Source: Guillardia theta CCMP2712
Taxonomy: Eukaryota > Protista > Cryptophyta
Assembly (NCBI RefSeq): GCF_000315625.1
Contig: NW_005434640.1
Span: 380,270-444,269, forward strand
DNA length: 64,000 bases
Reading direction: 5' to 3'
The translations under genes were made by a program, and so were the position numbers. Each line of letters starts with the position of its first letter. Position 1 is the stretch's first letter. Below, in pieces: positions 21,675 to 33,122 of the stretch. Below the pieces are notes generated by a model that saw only the letters and a program-made list of their open reading frames with translations, was not told where the DNA came from and did no database searches.

Positions 21675-21977
21675 CCTTGCGACATCCCGACAAGCCTCAC
21701 GGTACCCCACCCCACCCCACTCATGTCATTGTACCCCTACCCACCTCCATTTTTAAGTACCGGTATGTTCATATTTTAAATGACCCCCTTGTGGTAGATG
21801 CTGAAACAACGAGGCCATATAATAACCCCTACAAATGGCTGCTGACTACCCCACGTACCCCTGATTTCACCTAATAGTACCCCCTTTCCAGGCAGACCCC
21901 TTGCAAACATCCGGAGTGCTCCTTGTTGGGTATGTGGGTGATGAGATGTCGGGCTGTATGAGGGGCTCAAGGGCGAC

Positions 21978-24900
21978 ATGAGATGGCGGTCTGGGTGGTG
22001 GCTGGCGATGTTGGTGGCGATGGTGAGGATGGAGGCAGATGTCAGGTAGGAGGAGGAGGAGGAGGAGGAGGAGGAGGAGGAGGAGGAGGAGGAGGAGGAG
22101 GAGGAGGAGGAGGAGGAGGAGGAGGAGAAGGAGGAGGAGGAGGAGGAGGAGGAGGAGGAGGAGGAGGAGGATGATAAAGGGCAGGGGGAAGCTTTATCTC
22201 AGAATCTCAACCTCCTCAAGCTCGGTGACTGCAACAATTTACTGGTTTCGTCCTCTGANNNNNNNNNNNNNNNNNNNNNNNNNNNNNNNNNNNNNNNNNN
22301 NNNNNNNNNNNNNNNNNNNNNNNNNNNNNNNNNNNNNNNNNNNNNNNNNNNNNNNNNNGGAGGAGGAGGAGGAGGAGGAGGAGGAGGAGGTAGTGGTGGT
22401 AGGGTAGTGGAGGAGGTAGTGGTGGTGATAATTGAGGTGATGATGGTGATGATGTAGGTGGAAGAGAAGGTTTCAAAGGAGCTTGATGTAGTCGTGGCAG
22501 GGTAGAGGAGGTGGTGGTGGTAGAAGCGAGGACAGGGCTAGGAACAGGGATGGAGAGGACGAGGACGAGGACGAGGACGAAGATCAGATCGAAGAGGACG
22601 AAAAGGATAGCCATTGCTGGAGGCAGAGGCAGAGGTAGAGACGGTGAATGAGAAAAGTTAGTGGTGGCGGTGATGGAAATCAATGATATGTTGGTAATTG
22701 GGGAGGGAAAGGCAGACCAAGTGAGGAAAGGAACTCTAGGGCTCTTACAAGCACTGACGACAACTCAGCATGTGTGCGTATGCGGAGCTGCAGCAGTCTC
22801 CTCACTTCAGTTTCCTTCCGAAGCTTCACGTCGCTGGGCCAAGCAAGCACGTAGCGAGACCTTCGAACACGGAGAGCTCTAGCAGGTTCAGCTGGCCTCG
22901 TGCTCGTCCCTTGCTAGAAGCTAAGAGGCTGTCGAACTGCAGGAACCCCTGGACGCTGCCTTCTTCCTCCCTCCTCTCCCTACACCATCTCCTCTGCTCA
23001 TGGAGAGATAGCCCACAGACAAGGTGGTGAAGCATGCTCCTGTGCCCTGCCTGCTCCTCCTCACTCCTGGCCTGCAACAGCGCCTGGGGTGTCATGCTGG
23101 TGGCATGCACCGCTGGCGTTTGGACTTCAAAGGGACATCGACTCCTCTCACCCTTCCTCCCCATCCGACTCCACGGGAGGAGGAGGAGACTGTACACGGG
23201 GAGAGCGGTGCCTTACGACTCGGGGAATGTGAGGAGGGAAAATGTTGAGAGTTGCTGAGGCCTGATGCTCTTGCAGGAGGAGAGGGCCCAGTATGAGAGC
23301 TTGCCCTCTGTTGCTACTTGGAATCAGCCGTCCAACATGCTACAGGTGTTGCATCTCTCCTACCCTGCTAGTCGTTGTTTTTCCATGTAATGCTCCTCTC
23401 TCCTCTCTCCTCCCCTTCTCCTCTCTCCTCCTCCCCTCTCCCTCCTCTCTCCTTCACTGCGCTCGTAGGGCCGAAAGCTTGAGCTCCTACTTGAAGCTAC
23501 TCTTCCTGCCATGGATGGTCCAGAGACTTTCTACGGCCTGGGATGCAACGAGACCGAGTTTAAGCTCTTTCTTGATTATATCGCAGGAAGAAATTTGTAG
23601 GCTACTTCTTCCAGCCTCCTCCTCCTCTCCCTCTCCCTCTCCCTCTCCCTCCTCCTCCTCCTCCTCTCCCTTGTCGTGCCCTTAGGCACTCCTCATCTCC
23701 TCATCCCTCTTTGTCCTCGTCCCCGCAACCCTACATCTCCACCTCTTTGTGCTTGTTCTCTGCTTCTTTACCTCTATCCCCATTCCTCTTTCCTCGCCAT
23801 CCTCCTGTCCTCCATCCTGAGTTTCTCACGGCATATCTTGATCGCAATCAAACGTTGCAGGACAGAAGAGCAAGTTAACATCTCGAGCAAGTACGTCGAC
23901 ACCGGCGACGACAACGTGCGATCGATGCTGCGAATGCACTGGAACAGTTGTCACCTCCTGCTCAAGAACAAGGTAGAACGCTTGTCCCAACCGTCTGATG
24001 ATGATGATGATGATGATGATGATGCCCATTCTTCTCCTCCTCCTCCTGTGGGGTTTCCCTGCTTATCATCCTCACTTACATCCTCGTCATCGCCATCGTC
24101 ATCGCCTGTGCCGTTGCCATTCTGCTGATGGGACGATTTGCTTCAGAGTTCCAAGAATGTCATGGCAGCCGATACACGGCTGGTTGCGGAAGTCAAAGGT
24201 TACCTTAAGGTTTGGCGAGGGATGGCGAGGAGGAGGAGAGGGAGGAGGGAGGAGGAGAGGGAGGAGGGAGGAGGAGAGGGAAGAGGAGAGGGCGGAGGGT
24301 GAGAGAGGGAAGGTGGAAGTGAACTAACGCGCCTTGCAGTTGATGGAATCGTTCGAGACGGAACCGATGCGAGGTCTGACTCCCCTACCCTTTCATGTTC
24401 ACGTGGTGCGTTTGCCCTGATTCCTTTCAGGATCGGCTCTACTCCAGTGGCTTCAAGAACAATGCGGAGAATCGCTGATACAGGTAGCAGAGGAGGGATA
24501 GAGAGATAAGAGGAGGAGGAAGGAGGAAGGAGATCTGACTGGGATCGATCAGAGATGCCAAGCAGGCAGCAACTTGTCACTGGAAGAAACTCAAAGCGCC
24601 CTCAAAGAACTTCTGAATTGGTGAAGGGGAAGAGAAGCCGGGGGGGTTGTGAGGTTGGAGCAGGTTTAAGAAAGAGTTTCCCTACTACGACCAGGGTTGC
24701 TTTCACTGCGGCAACAAGGAGGGTCAAAGACTTGGTGAGAGGAGGAGGAGGAGGAGGAGGAGGAGAGAAGCAAAGAGGAGGGGGGTTGTGATGGCTGTCA
24801 AGGTTCGGTGAAGGCGAGCGAGCAAGAAGAAGAATTTCTCGCACGGCGGAGTGAAATCCTCTTTTGCCCCAGCTGCTCCAGGTGATGTTTCGTTCTGTGA

Positions 24901-25514
24901 TTTCAGCTCTCCGACGCTCCCACCACTTTTTTAGTCTCTTCATCCTCGTCCTCCTCTTCCTCCCACCTCCTTGTCTTCTTCCAAAATCTCTATCACCATT
25001 CCTTCACCTCCGCCCCTTCTACCCCTTCCCTCGTCCTCCTCCTCCTCTCTTCCTCCTCTTCCTCCATCCATCCTTGTGCCTGCTGATTCAAGACTCAGAT
25101 ATAGCCGATTCGTGCGATACAACACGGTGAACAAGGTCTGAACAGCAAGAGGCTCGAAGAAAGAGGGGAGGGAAGCAGATGGGAAGAGGAGGACAAGGAA
25201 GGGGAAGGCGGGGCAGGAAGGGCAGCAACGGAAGGAAGGGGAAAGGGGGAGAGAACAGATGGAGGAGGGAAGAAGGGAGGGATTTTGATGGTCGGCAGGT
25301 GATAGAGACGAAGAAAGGAAGGTGCGGCGAATACAGCATGTTCATGTATCATGTCATGCAGTCCCTGGGATATGAAACAAGGTGAAGCCTCCTCCTCCTC
25401 CTCCTCCANNNNNNNNNNNNNNNNNNNNNNNNNNNNNNNNNNNNNNNNNNNNNNNNNNNNNNNNNNNNNNNNNNNNNNNNNNNNNNNNNNNNNNNNNNNN
25501 NNNNNNNNGAGGAG

Positions 25515-25546
<32 letters not shown>

Positions 25547-27440
25547 GGAGGAGGAGGAGCGGGAGCAGAGGAAGAGGAGGAAGAGGAAGAGGAGGAGGAG
25601 GAGGAGGAGGAGGAGGAGGAGGAGGAGGACGAGGGCGGAACTCGAACTGGTTCAGGTTCTCCTCCTCCCCCGCGCAAGCGTACCAGACTGAGGCTTGGAC
25701 CTCTCCCCCCCTCCTTCTTCTGCCTCTCCCAGGATGCGGAGGCAGGGGAGGTCGTGATCCTTACCCTACGAGGTCGAGGCCTCACCTTCCCCTCCCCCTC
25801 CCCTCTCTCCTCTTCCCTCTTCCCTCTTCACTCCCCCTCACCTTGTCGGCAGCTTTCTGAAACAACACCTAGAGGCAAGTCAAGCAACATGTCCCCTCTC
25901 CTCCTTCTCTCACCTCTGCCGTCTCCTTTTCTTTCGTAGCTCTCAGTGCCTCTTCCAACATCAGCACGCGATCCTCCGACGCCTTGAGCTTCGCCACCAG
26001 CCGCCTCTCCTCCCCCTGCGCTAGTTTTCTCTCCCTCTCGCTCGTCTCCTTCGCTTCTGTCAGCCTCGCAACTGCTCCTGCTCCTCGTGTCACTCAATCG
26101 CCTCCCACGGCACTTCCTCCTCGTATCCCTACCCACCACCACACAACCCTCCTCCTCTCCACCCCCTTCCTCATTCTCCTCCTCTTTCTCCTCCTTCCCC
26201 TCCTCCTGTTCGCTCGATTTCTCTCCACCTTGTAGCAGGCGAATCGCGTTCGAGCTCTGCAGCTGGACTTCAGCTCGTTCACTGCTGAACTTCTCCTCCC
26301 GGGTCGCTTCAGCCCAGCAGTCCCAGGAAGCTCGGAGGAGGAGGAGGAGAAGCTTTCGCTCCCTTCCTCGCAGACAGAGCTTTCTCCTCCTCCCTCGCCT
26401 CCACTCGCTCCACAGCGGCAGGAGGAAACGAAAACGAGCCATTCGAGAGAGAAGGACATGAGGCAGCACCAGCAACTTCCTACTCCTCCCCCTCTCCTCC
26501 TCCTTCTCCTCCTCAGCCACCAGCCAGCTCAGCACAGAAGCGGATGAGAGGAGAGTCACGCGCAGCTTCTCCTCCTCCCTCGCCTGCTGCAGGTTGAAGT
26601 AGTCGAGCTCGAGACTTGCCAGCATGCGATTAGTCAGCTCCTGCTCCTCCTCCACCCCTCGTCGCGCCTGCATGGTCGTCAGTCCCTTCTTTCTACTATC
26701 ACACAAAAACACCTCCCTCCCTCCCTCCCTCCCTCCCTCCCTCCCTCCCTCCCTCCCTCCCTCCCTCCCCCGCTCCCCTCCTTCCCTCCCCCGCTCCCCT
26801 CCCTCCCTCCCTCCCCCGCTCCCCCCCTCCCATTCCCCGTCCCCCAACTGTTTTGGTGGCTGCTTCCTTCCTTCCGCTGACTATCCTGGCAGAAGATGTA
26901 CCTCTCCTGGGGCAAGAAGCTCACCTACATCATCGCCTTCGTCCGGTCCAACGAGCCTCCAGCTCTCTCCCTCCTGCTGACACCGAGCAGGGGCCGGTGC
27001 GAGGACGTGACGACCGACTACGTAGACGACATGGAGGAGGTGAATGAGGACTCGAAGCTCTCCCTTGTGCTCCCTTTCCGCTCCTCTCCTTGCCTTCTTC
27101 CCTCCCCGTCGCGTCTTCTCTTTCCCCCTCTCCCCTCGCGTCTTCGCCCTCCCTCCTTTCACATTTTTCTGGTGCAGGTGCGGAAACGGCGAGACCTTAC
27201 CGACGAAGACTTGAAGGCGAGCCTAGAGACAGCCCAGGTGCTGCTCCCCGCCCCCGCTCACTCGTTCCTCCTTCCTCTTCCTTCCTTTCCCCCTGCCTTC
27301 CTCCCCTTCTATGGTTCCTCCCTCCTCCCGACCCTTGTCCCTTGCCCTCCTGTCTCCCTTCATACTCCTCGCCTCCTCTTGCTGCTCCAACCATGAAAGC
27401 GCAGAAGGAGTTCCAGCAAGAGCAAGCGAGCGCGTCCTAG
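21978..27440 (+). CDS. PNG1: Peptide:N-glycanase (PNGase, transglutaminase fold) with probable bipartite presequence; many exons, spans two gaps
   Basis: Spliced: KELLNW|FKKEFPYYDQGCFHCG (CxxC 1); EILFCPSCSR|YSRFVRYNTVNK|VIETKKGRCGEYSMFMYHVMQSLGYETR (CxxC 2 and catalytic Cys); KMYLSWGKKLTYIIAFVR|GRCEDVTTDY. The His/Asp exon was not seen (gap). Linkage of the 5' exon at 21978 is inferred. Confidence 0.8.
22048..22172. repeat. (GGA)n microsatellite (~40 units) in PNGase intron 1; similar tracts flank the gaps at 22259, 25409 and 34849
   Basis: Direct reading. Confidence 0.9.
25560..26673 (-). CDS. Hypothetical coiled-coil protein lying antisense inside the PNGase locus (multi-exon; 5' end possibly missing)
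   Basis: Exons on - strand with GT-AG boundaries: ARRGVEEEQELTNRMLASLELDYFNLQQAREE...LWSEWRR...ASWDCWAE...; ...RKLAQGEERRLVAKLKASEDRVLMLEEALR. Confidence 0.5.
26712..26830. repeat. (CCCT)n microsatellite at the junction between the antisense gene and the 3' PNGase exons
   Basis: Direct reading. Confidence 0.85.
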
Positions 27441-27933
27441 GCACAGGAGATGCCGCATGCTCTCTCGCTCACAAGAGAAGACGAGCAGCAGGGGCAGCAA
27501 CAACAAACAAGCGCGGTGATCTTGATTGGGAGAGGCAGAAGCGAAGCGCGTCGAAAGGAAGGATGAGATCGAAGACGAGGCGTAGCATCGTCGTGGAGCC
27601 GTGGGCAAGCAGGAGGAAGAGGAAGACGGGAGCCAGTAGGAGGAGTCTTCTCCTCCATGGATGAGGAAGGGAGATGATGGGAAAAGAACAGGGGAAGGGA
27701 GTGATGGAGACCAGAAGAAACAGTTTCAAAGACAGACAGGTTCTAGTCGAATGTAAAAGAGAAATTGAGAAGCCGGAAGTTAAGGGGCAAGCAACAAGGA
27801 AGGGAGCGAGGTGGGAGAGAAGGATGGAATGATGAGTAGAAGCAATGAGAGAAGAGAAGGAGGAGGAAATACTCCAGGTAGGGGGGGGGGGGGGAGATTC
27901 ATGGAGGAGGAGGAGGAGGAGGAGCAGCAGCAG

Positions 27934-28663
27934 CTATGGCCTCCGGCGCTTCTCGTCGTAGAGTCGCAAGAACTCTTGACGCTGAGCAGGAGACAAGGCA
28001 TTTAGGAAGCTGCTCCTTCTCTCAGCGCTCGAGCTCTCAAACTTATCGAGCACCCTTATGATCTCCTCGTGCTGCCTCTGATGCACCTCGTCTGCCCTCT
28101 GGCTCATCAACTTAGCTCTGATCTTCTCCTGCTGCATCCTATCCAGCACCGTCTCTCCTTCTACTGCCATGGTCGTCTCGGCCTCGAAGCTTGCCCTGTG
28201 AAGGAGTCAAGTCGTGAGCGAGTTTTTTGCACGCGTGTTTCCGTGGTGCTCGGCCTGCTGATGTTGTATGTGATGTCTTGTAGGAATACGCCTCATGGTT
28301 TGAACCTAGTAGCTCCCCCTTATCTCTCAACATCCTCCCCCATCGTTTTGAATCTGTCTAACTTCACTCATGCTCGTCTTGACCCTTGTGCTCTCTCTTT
28401 AACTTCTTCTCTTTCTCGCCTGAATCCCTACTATTTGTGTTCTTCTCGTTATCCCCAGTTTCTCATTTGGAGCTCAACTCTAGGCACGGTGATCTCCTCC
28501 TCCTCCCCCTGAATCTTCTCCTATCCTCGTATCCTCCTCCATGACCCTCATCTCCTTCTCCTCTTCCTCCTCTCCTCCTCCTCCCCTCACCTCGTTGGGT
28601 TGCAGCATGGAGCGTTCCCCATAGCAGCCAGTCAAAATGGCCCGGCACGAACACCCTGCACAT
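27934..28663 (-). CDS. Small hypothetical protein (multi-exon, exon structure unresolved)
   Basis: Last exon follows a CAG acceptor: ASFEAETTMAVEGETVLDRMQQEKIRAKLMSQRADE...FLRLYDEKRRRP*. Upstream exons with GTGAG donors exist but could not be joined unambiguously. Confidence 0.4.
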
Positions 28664-28992
28664 CCCTCTGACAACAAGGATGACCCTACCCCTGATAAGG
28701 ACAATATCCTCACAAATAAGCTGTATCCTCCCTCAAGGTCCATTATGACCCCTCTGATATTATGATATTTCATGGCTATTGGAGGGGATAAATGAAATTG
28801 CGAGTGAGTTGTACCCCTCCATTGTTCAAGGTACCCCTACTCATATGCACCCCTACCCCACAAAATGTGTTTCAATTCGGCTGTTCGCCAAAACTCCGAC
28901 GGGTCAGCGTAAGAAAGCTTGCAAGAGAAGAAGAGAAGAGAGAGAAGAGAAGAGAGAGAAGAGGAGAAGAGAGAGAGAGAGGAAGAGAAGAG

Positions 28993-29069
28993 AGCAGCAG
29001 GGCAGCAGGGCAGCAGGGCAGCAGGGCAGCAGGGCAGCAGGGCAGCAGGGCAGCAGGGCAGCAGGGCAG
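28993..29069. repeat. (GCAGCAGG)n octamer repeat, ~9 copies, preceded by an AG-rich tract
   Basis: Direct reading. Confidence 0.9.
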
Positions 29070-29676
29070 GAGAGGGGAGCAGGCGAGCTAAAGAAAAAAG
29101 CAGAGGAGTGGACAGAAGAACACAATTCTAGGATCAAATGGCAGGAGCCGAACACATCACGTAGGGTGTCAGTGAAGCAGACGGCCATTGCAGCAGCTTT
29201 CTCTACAACTTCAAACACCACCACGATCACCACCATCACCAATGCCGCCGCAGCCGCTGCTACTGCTGCCGTACTGTTGGTACTAGTTTGCGAAGATGAA
29301 ATACACTCGCTCCTCTTCTCACTTCTGTTCTGGTCGTCTCAATCATATGTCGTAGCATGAGACAACTACAAAGTGCCAAGTTTGAGGCGAAAAGGAATCG
29401 ATGATACAGCAGTGCCCTTGCAGCAAGTTGTCACTTCCACTGACTTGATCGTGTCATCGCTTCTCTTCCCTCCTTGGCAACTTGAGGCGGAAGAGGAAAT
29501 AGGGTCGAGCAGGCGATAAAATATGACGATACTGGCGATCACACCCCGCATATCTCTTGACCATCATCACAGCTGCTGACAGGAGGGGCATTGATAGGCG
29601 GGTTGTCAGGGAGCGAAGGTGTCAAGCTTTCCTTCATTCCAAGTCCTCAAGACATACAGGGGAACGTCTCCTGCCT

Positions 29677-30647
29677 TCACTGTGCCAGCTTCTTTGCTTT
29701 TTGCATCGCGTTGTACGCGTCCGAGGTCTTGGGGGGCTCGAGCAGCTCCTCCCCGGCTGCAATCCTCCTCCTCTGCTCGATGACCTGCAGAACGATGAGA
29801 ACAATCGGTGAAAACGCGTTCCCGCATGCTCCTATCACACCATCTGCTTGAGCTTTACGCCCAACGCCGAGTCGAGCTTCACGTCGGCTGTGTTGACAAG
29901 GTAGTTGTCTAGCCCTCCATGCTTGTCGATGGTCTTGAGAACCGATGTGGTGATGCGCAGCTTGATCATAGTGTCAAAGCAATCGCTCCATAACCTCTTC
30001 TGCTGAACGTTGGGCATCCAAGTTCGACGAGTCCTACGAGATAGTCAGGCTTATGACTCGCACCCTACCCTCCCTTACTTGCGCTCGGAGAACGAGACGT
30101 TGTTTCCAAACCCGATCTTTTTCCCGCCGAACAGCCCTCTATCTGCCCTGTCTGGTCGGCTGAAGATGCATCCCCGTCAGAGCAGGAGTCTCCGACCAAA
30201 ATATGGAGGGAATGGCGGAACCCTCCAAGGGCGCAAGGCATGATCAACCAGGGGGGAGAGGAGAGGCGGGGGGCAAAGGGGAGGGGAGGGAGAAAAGGGG
30301 AGGGGGTTGGCAAGGTGAGGGGAAGAGAGGAGGGAAGGAGGGAAGGCAAAGCGAGGTGAGGGATGAGATGGGGAGAGGAGGAGAGGGGATGGGGAGGAGG
30401 AGGAGAGGGGATGGGGAGGAGGAGGAGAGGGGATGGGGAGGAGGAGAGTGGATGGGGGGAGGAGGGAGGGGAGGCGAGGGGAGGCGAGGGGAGGGAGAGG
30501 AGGAGAAGGGAGGGAGAGTAGGCGAGGGAATGGGTGGAGGGGAGGGAGAGGTGAATGTGAGGGAGGTGACCTTGCTCGTTGGAAGGCAGACAGGAGCAGC
30601 GACGGCGCCGTCGCCCCCCTCCTCAGAAACGACGCTCCCGGATCCAT
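29677..30647 (-). CDS. MRPL28: Mitochondrial large ribosomal subunit protein bL28m
   Basis: RADRGLFGGKKIGFGNNVSFSERK|TRRTWMPNVQQKRLWSD...LRITTSVLKTIDKHGGLDNYL is the L28 signature. The Arg/Ser-rich N-terminal exon MDPGASFLRRGATAPSLLLSAFQRAR resembles a mitochondrial presequence. Confidence 0.92.
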
Positions 30648-30719
30648 GCAGCCGCTCTCTGACGGTTACAGAACCGTTGTAAATACGTTGAAACGTTCTT
30701 CATTGCCCGCCTCCCCTCT

Positions 30720-31125
30720 CGTACCCCTGACAGCACCCCACCCCCTGTCCCTCATTGCGTTAAAATTGTTGATGCCACTACCCCCTAAAATACATACAGG
30801 ACTACAATTCGGCACATCTTAGTCTCTCAAGGGTGGGTGATATGTTATGGAAATAGGGGTAGGGGTGATCAGAAAGGTGTAAAACAGTCACCGGTGCTCC
30901 TGATTTTTGTACGGAATGGGGGTGGGGGTAGCTCAGGAAAAGGGGGTGTGCCGTGCTAGGCAGTGTTGAATGGGTGACTGGGGCAGGGATTTCATTTTGT
31001 GGGTGGGGTAGTACAAATTAAAACACATGTGGGGTACTAGAAAAGGTAAATGTAGGGGTACTCTGAAGTCACTTCTCATTTTGTGGGGTACATGTAGTGT
31101 GTAGGGGGTGGGGGTACAGGGTAGC
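30720..31125. promoter_or_regulatory. Divergent promoter region MRPL28/ChaN with mirror-image TACCCC (left) and GGGGTA (right) motif clusters
   Basis: About 5 ACCCC motifs in 30720-30790 and more than 10 GGG(G)T motifs in 30830-31125, between head-to-head starts. The regulatory role is inference. Confidence 0.45.
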
Positions 31126-31136
31126 GGTGCGCAGCT

Positions 31137-33039
31137 ATGGCAGGTCGGCAGGGCATGAAGGCAATCTGGCTCCTGCTGAGCCTTCCATGCGCAGTGAGCG
31201 CAGCAGCAATGGCATCAGGAGCAGGAGTAATGGCCTCATCAGGAGCGTCATGCTCTGAGTCAGTGAATGCTGCCCCGCAGCTTCAGTGGAAGCCAAGGAA
31301 CAAGGCATGCTATGCCCCAAACTTGCCCCTGTCGTGCTCCAACCCACGCGCGCCTCTGAAAGTTTGTGGGGTGCCGAGGGCGCGCTATGCCGCAGCTTCG
31401 AATGTGTGCATGACGCATTCCGACGGCAGAATGCAGAGGAGAGATGTTCTTGCTGGAGCCTTTGCCCTCAATGTTGCAGGGTGTTTCGTGCCCGACGTCT
31501 TTGCCGAACAAGCGCAAGACTTGATCAGCGACGCTTCGAACATGCCCTTGTCTCGCAATCAGCTCGATGCAGGCGCCTCGTACATTCTGTCACAAGAGCA
31601 GGCCTTGATTGGGGAGGAGGACCTGCGAGACGACATGATCTTCACTTTTAGAGGCGAGCAGATGGTGAAGACGAACAGCGAGGGAGCTCTCCGATACCTC
31701 TCGCGGCGCAATGCAGTCTTCTTCGGCGAATCTCACGATTCGTTCAAGGACAAGAAGCTTGCAACGAGGATCTTGAAGGAACTCCACGAGCGCAGGGGCC
31801 GCGTGGTCGTCGGACTGGAGATGGTACAGCAACCGTTCCAGCAAGTCCTCGACTGGTGGGAGGACGTGGGTTGTGCTGTGGGTGCTGAGAGCTGTCGCAG
31901 GTATGTGTTCTCAGCCGTGCCCAGCAAAGGTTCGGACTCGCTGCTGTTCGAGAAGACCGAGTGGAACGACCGATGGGGGTGGAACTTCAAAGCATACCTC
32001 CCGGTCTTGCAGTACTGCCAGCTGCACAAGTGAGACGGTTGTGGTGCTGTCTCCTGCACTGATGTGCCGGTAGGATTCCTCTGCTAGCTCTCAACGTCGA
32101 GGCCGAGACTACCAGCAAGGTGCAGCAGCAAGGTGCTCCTCCTCCCTCCTACGAGCAGCAGGCTTCGATCCCTCACCCCACTCACACAGGTCTGGTCTCA
32201 CTTTCCAGCGAGGAGCGGAGGAGGTTGATCATCGACCCGAATGGTTTCGTGCAAGAGAGCCTCTCCAAGACCTTCCCCTCGTGCGACTCCCCGTCCCCCT
32301 TCCCCGTCCGCGTCCTTATCTTACCCCATCGCCCCTTCCCCGTCCTCCTCTTCCTCTCCTCCTGCCTCGTGACAGCTCGGACAGGTACGTCAGGTCCGTG
32401 CTGAAGCCCAGCTTCGACGCGCATGTCAACATGGGGATCTACAACAACGATGCCAAGACCTTCCAGAACTTCGTGGCCAACAGGATCTTGTGGGACGAGA
32501 CCATGGCGTCGGCAGCGGCCAAGTGAGGAGCAACATGATGGGCAGGCGCCTGCTGACTTCGGCCGCAGGTTTCTCCTCAAGAACCCTGACGTGCAGCTGG
32601 TGGGGCTGGTGGGAGGGGATCACGTCAAAACGAATCACGGCATCCCCGCCAAGATCGATCGCATCCTCCGCAACCTGGGCTTCTCGAACCCTCACACAGG
32701 TACGTGAGAGGGTTCAGAGCAAGGGAGGGAACGAAGTGAGAGGGAGGGAAGGAGGGAGGGAGAGTGGGAGGGAAAGGAAGATAGGGAACGATTGTTGGAT
32801 GGTCATAGAGCAGAAGAGGAGGAGGAGCACACAGGGAGTGACAAGTTTGCGCAGCTTCGGTAGCGTTGAACCCCAACTGGAGGATTTTCTCCAACAGCCG
32901 CAAGCTGGTCGAGCTCGAACATCTCGAGGTGGCGCAGCAGAAGGAGAGCGCGAGCTCTGAGGCGGAGTGGGAGGGGTACGGATGGAACAGCCAGCAGTCT
33001 AGGAACCATCCCTTCAGCGACATCGTGTGGTTCTCCTGA
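31137..33039 (+). CDS. ChaN-like (haem-binding uptake/Tiki superfamily) protein, probably plastid thylakoid lumen
   Basis: AVFFGESHD, VVVGLEMVQQPFQQVLD, EWNDRWGWNFKAYLPVL, IPLLALNV, ILWDETMA, LVGGDHVKTNHGIP, DIVWFS*. Presequence is signal + transit + RRDVL...VFA. Confidence 0.85.
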
Positions 33040-33122
33040 GGGTCCTCGCTCGAGACATGCCTGTATACTCTGTAAACTATTCTGCTCCACTGCCCTCTCC
33101 TCCTCTCCTCCTTGTTCCTCCT

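Noticed and set aside
21940-21979. SPSYSPTS (Pol II CTD-like heptad) in a short minus-strand ORF
   Set aside because: It is a single heptad in a promoter-like region, consistent with chance.
24430-24620. Possible DEP domain (GSALLQWL...SLEETQSALKELL)
   Set aside because: The next exons give FKKEF, two CxxC motifs and GRCGE, showing this is the PNGase core.
28590-28622. MGNAPCC dual-acylation N-terminus on the minus strand
   Set aside because: It could not be spliced in frame to the downstream exons; alternative starts are equally plausible.
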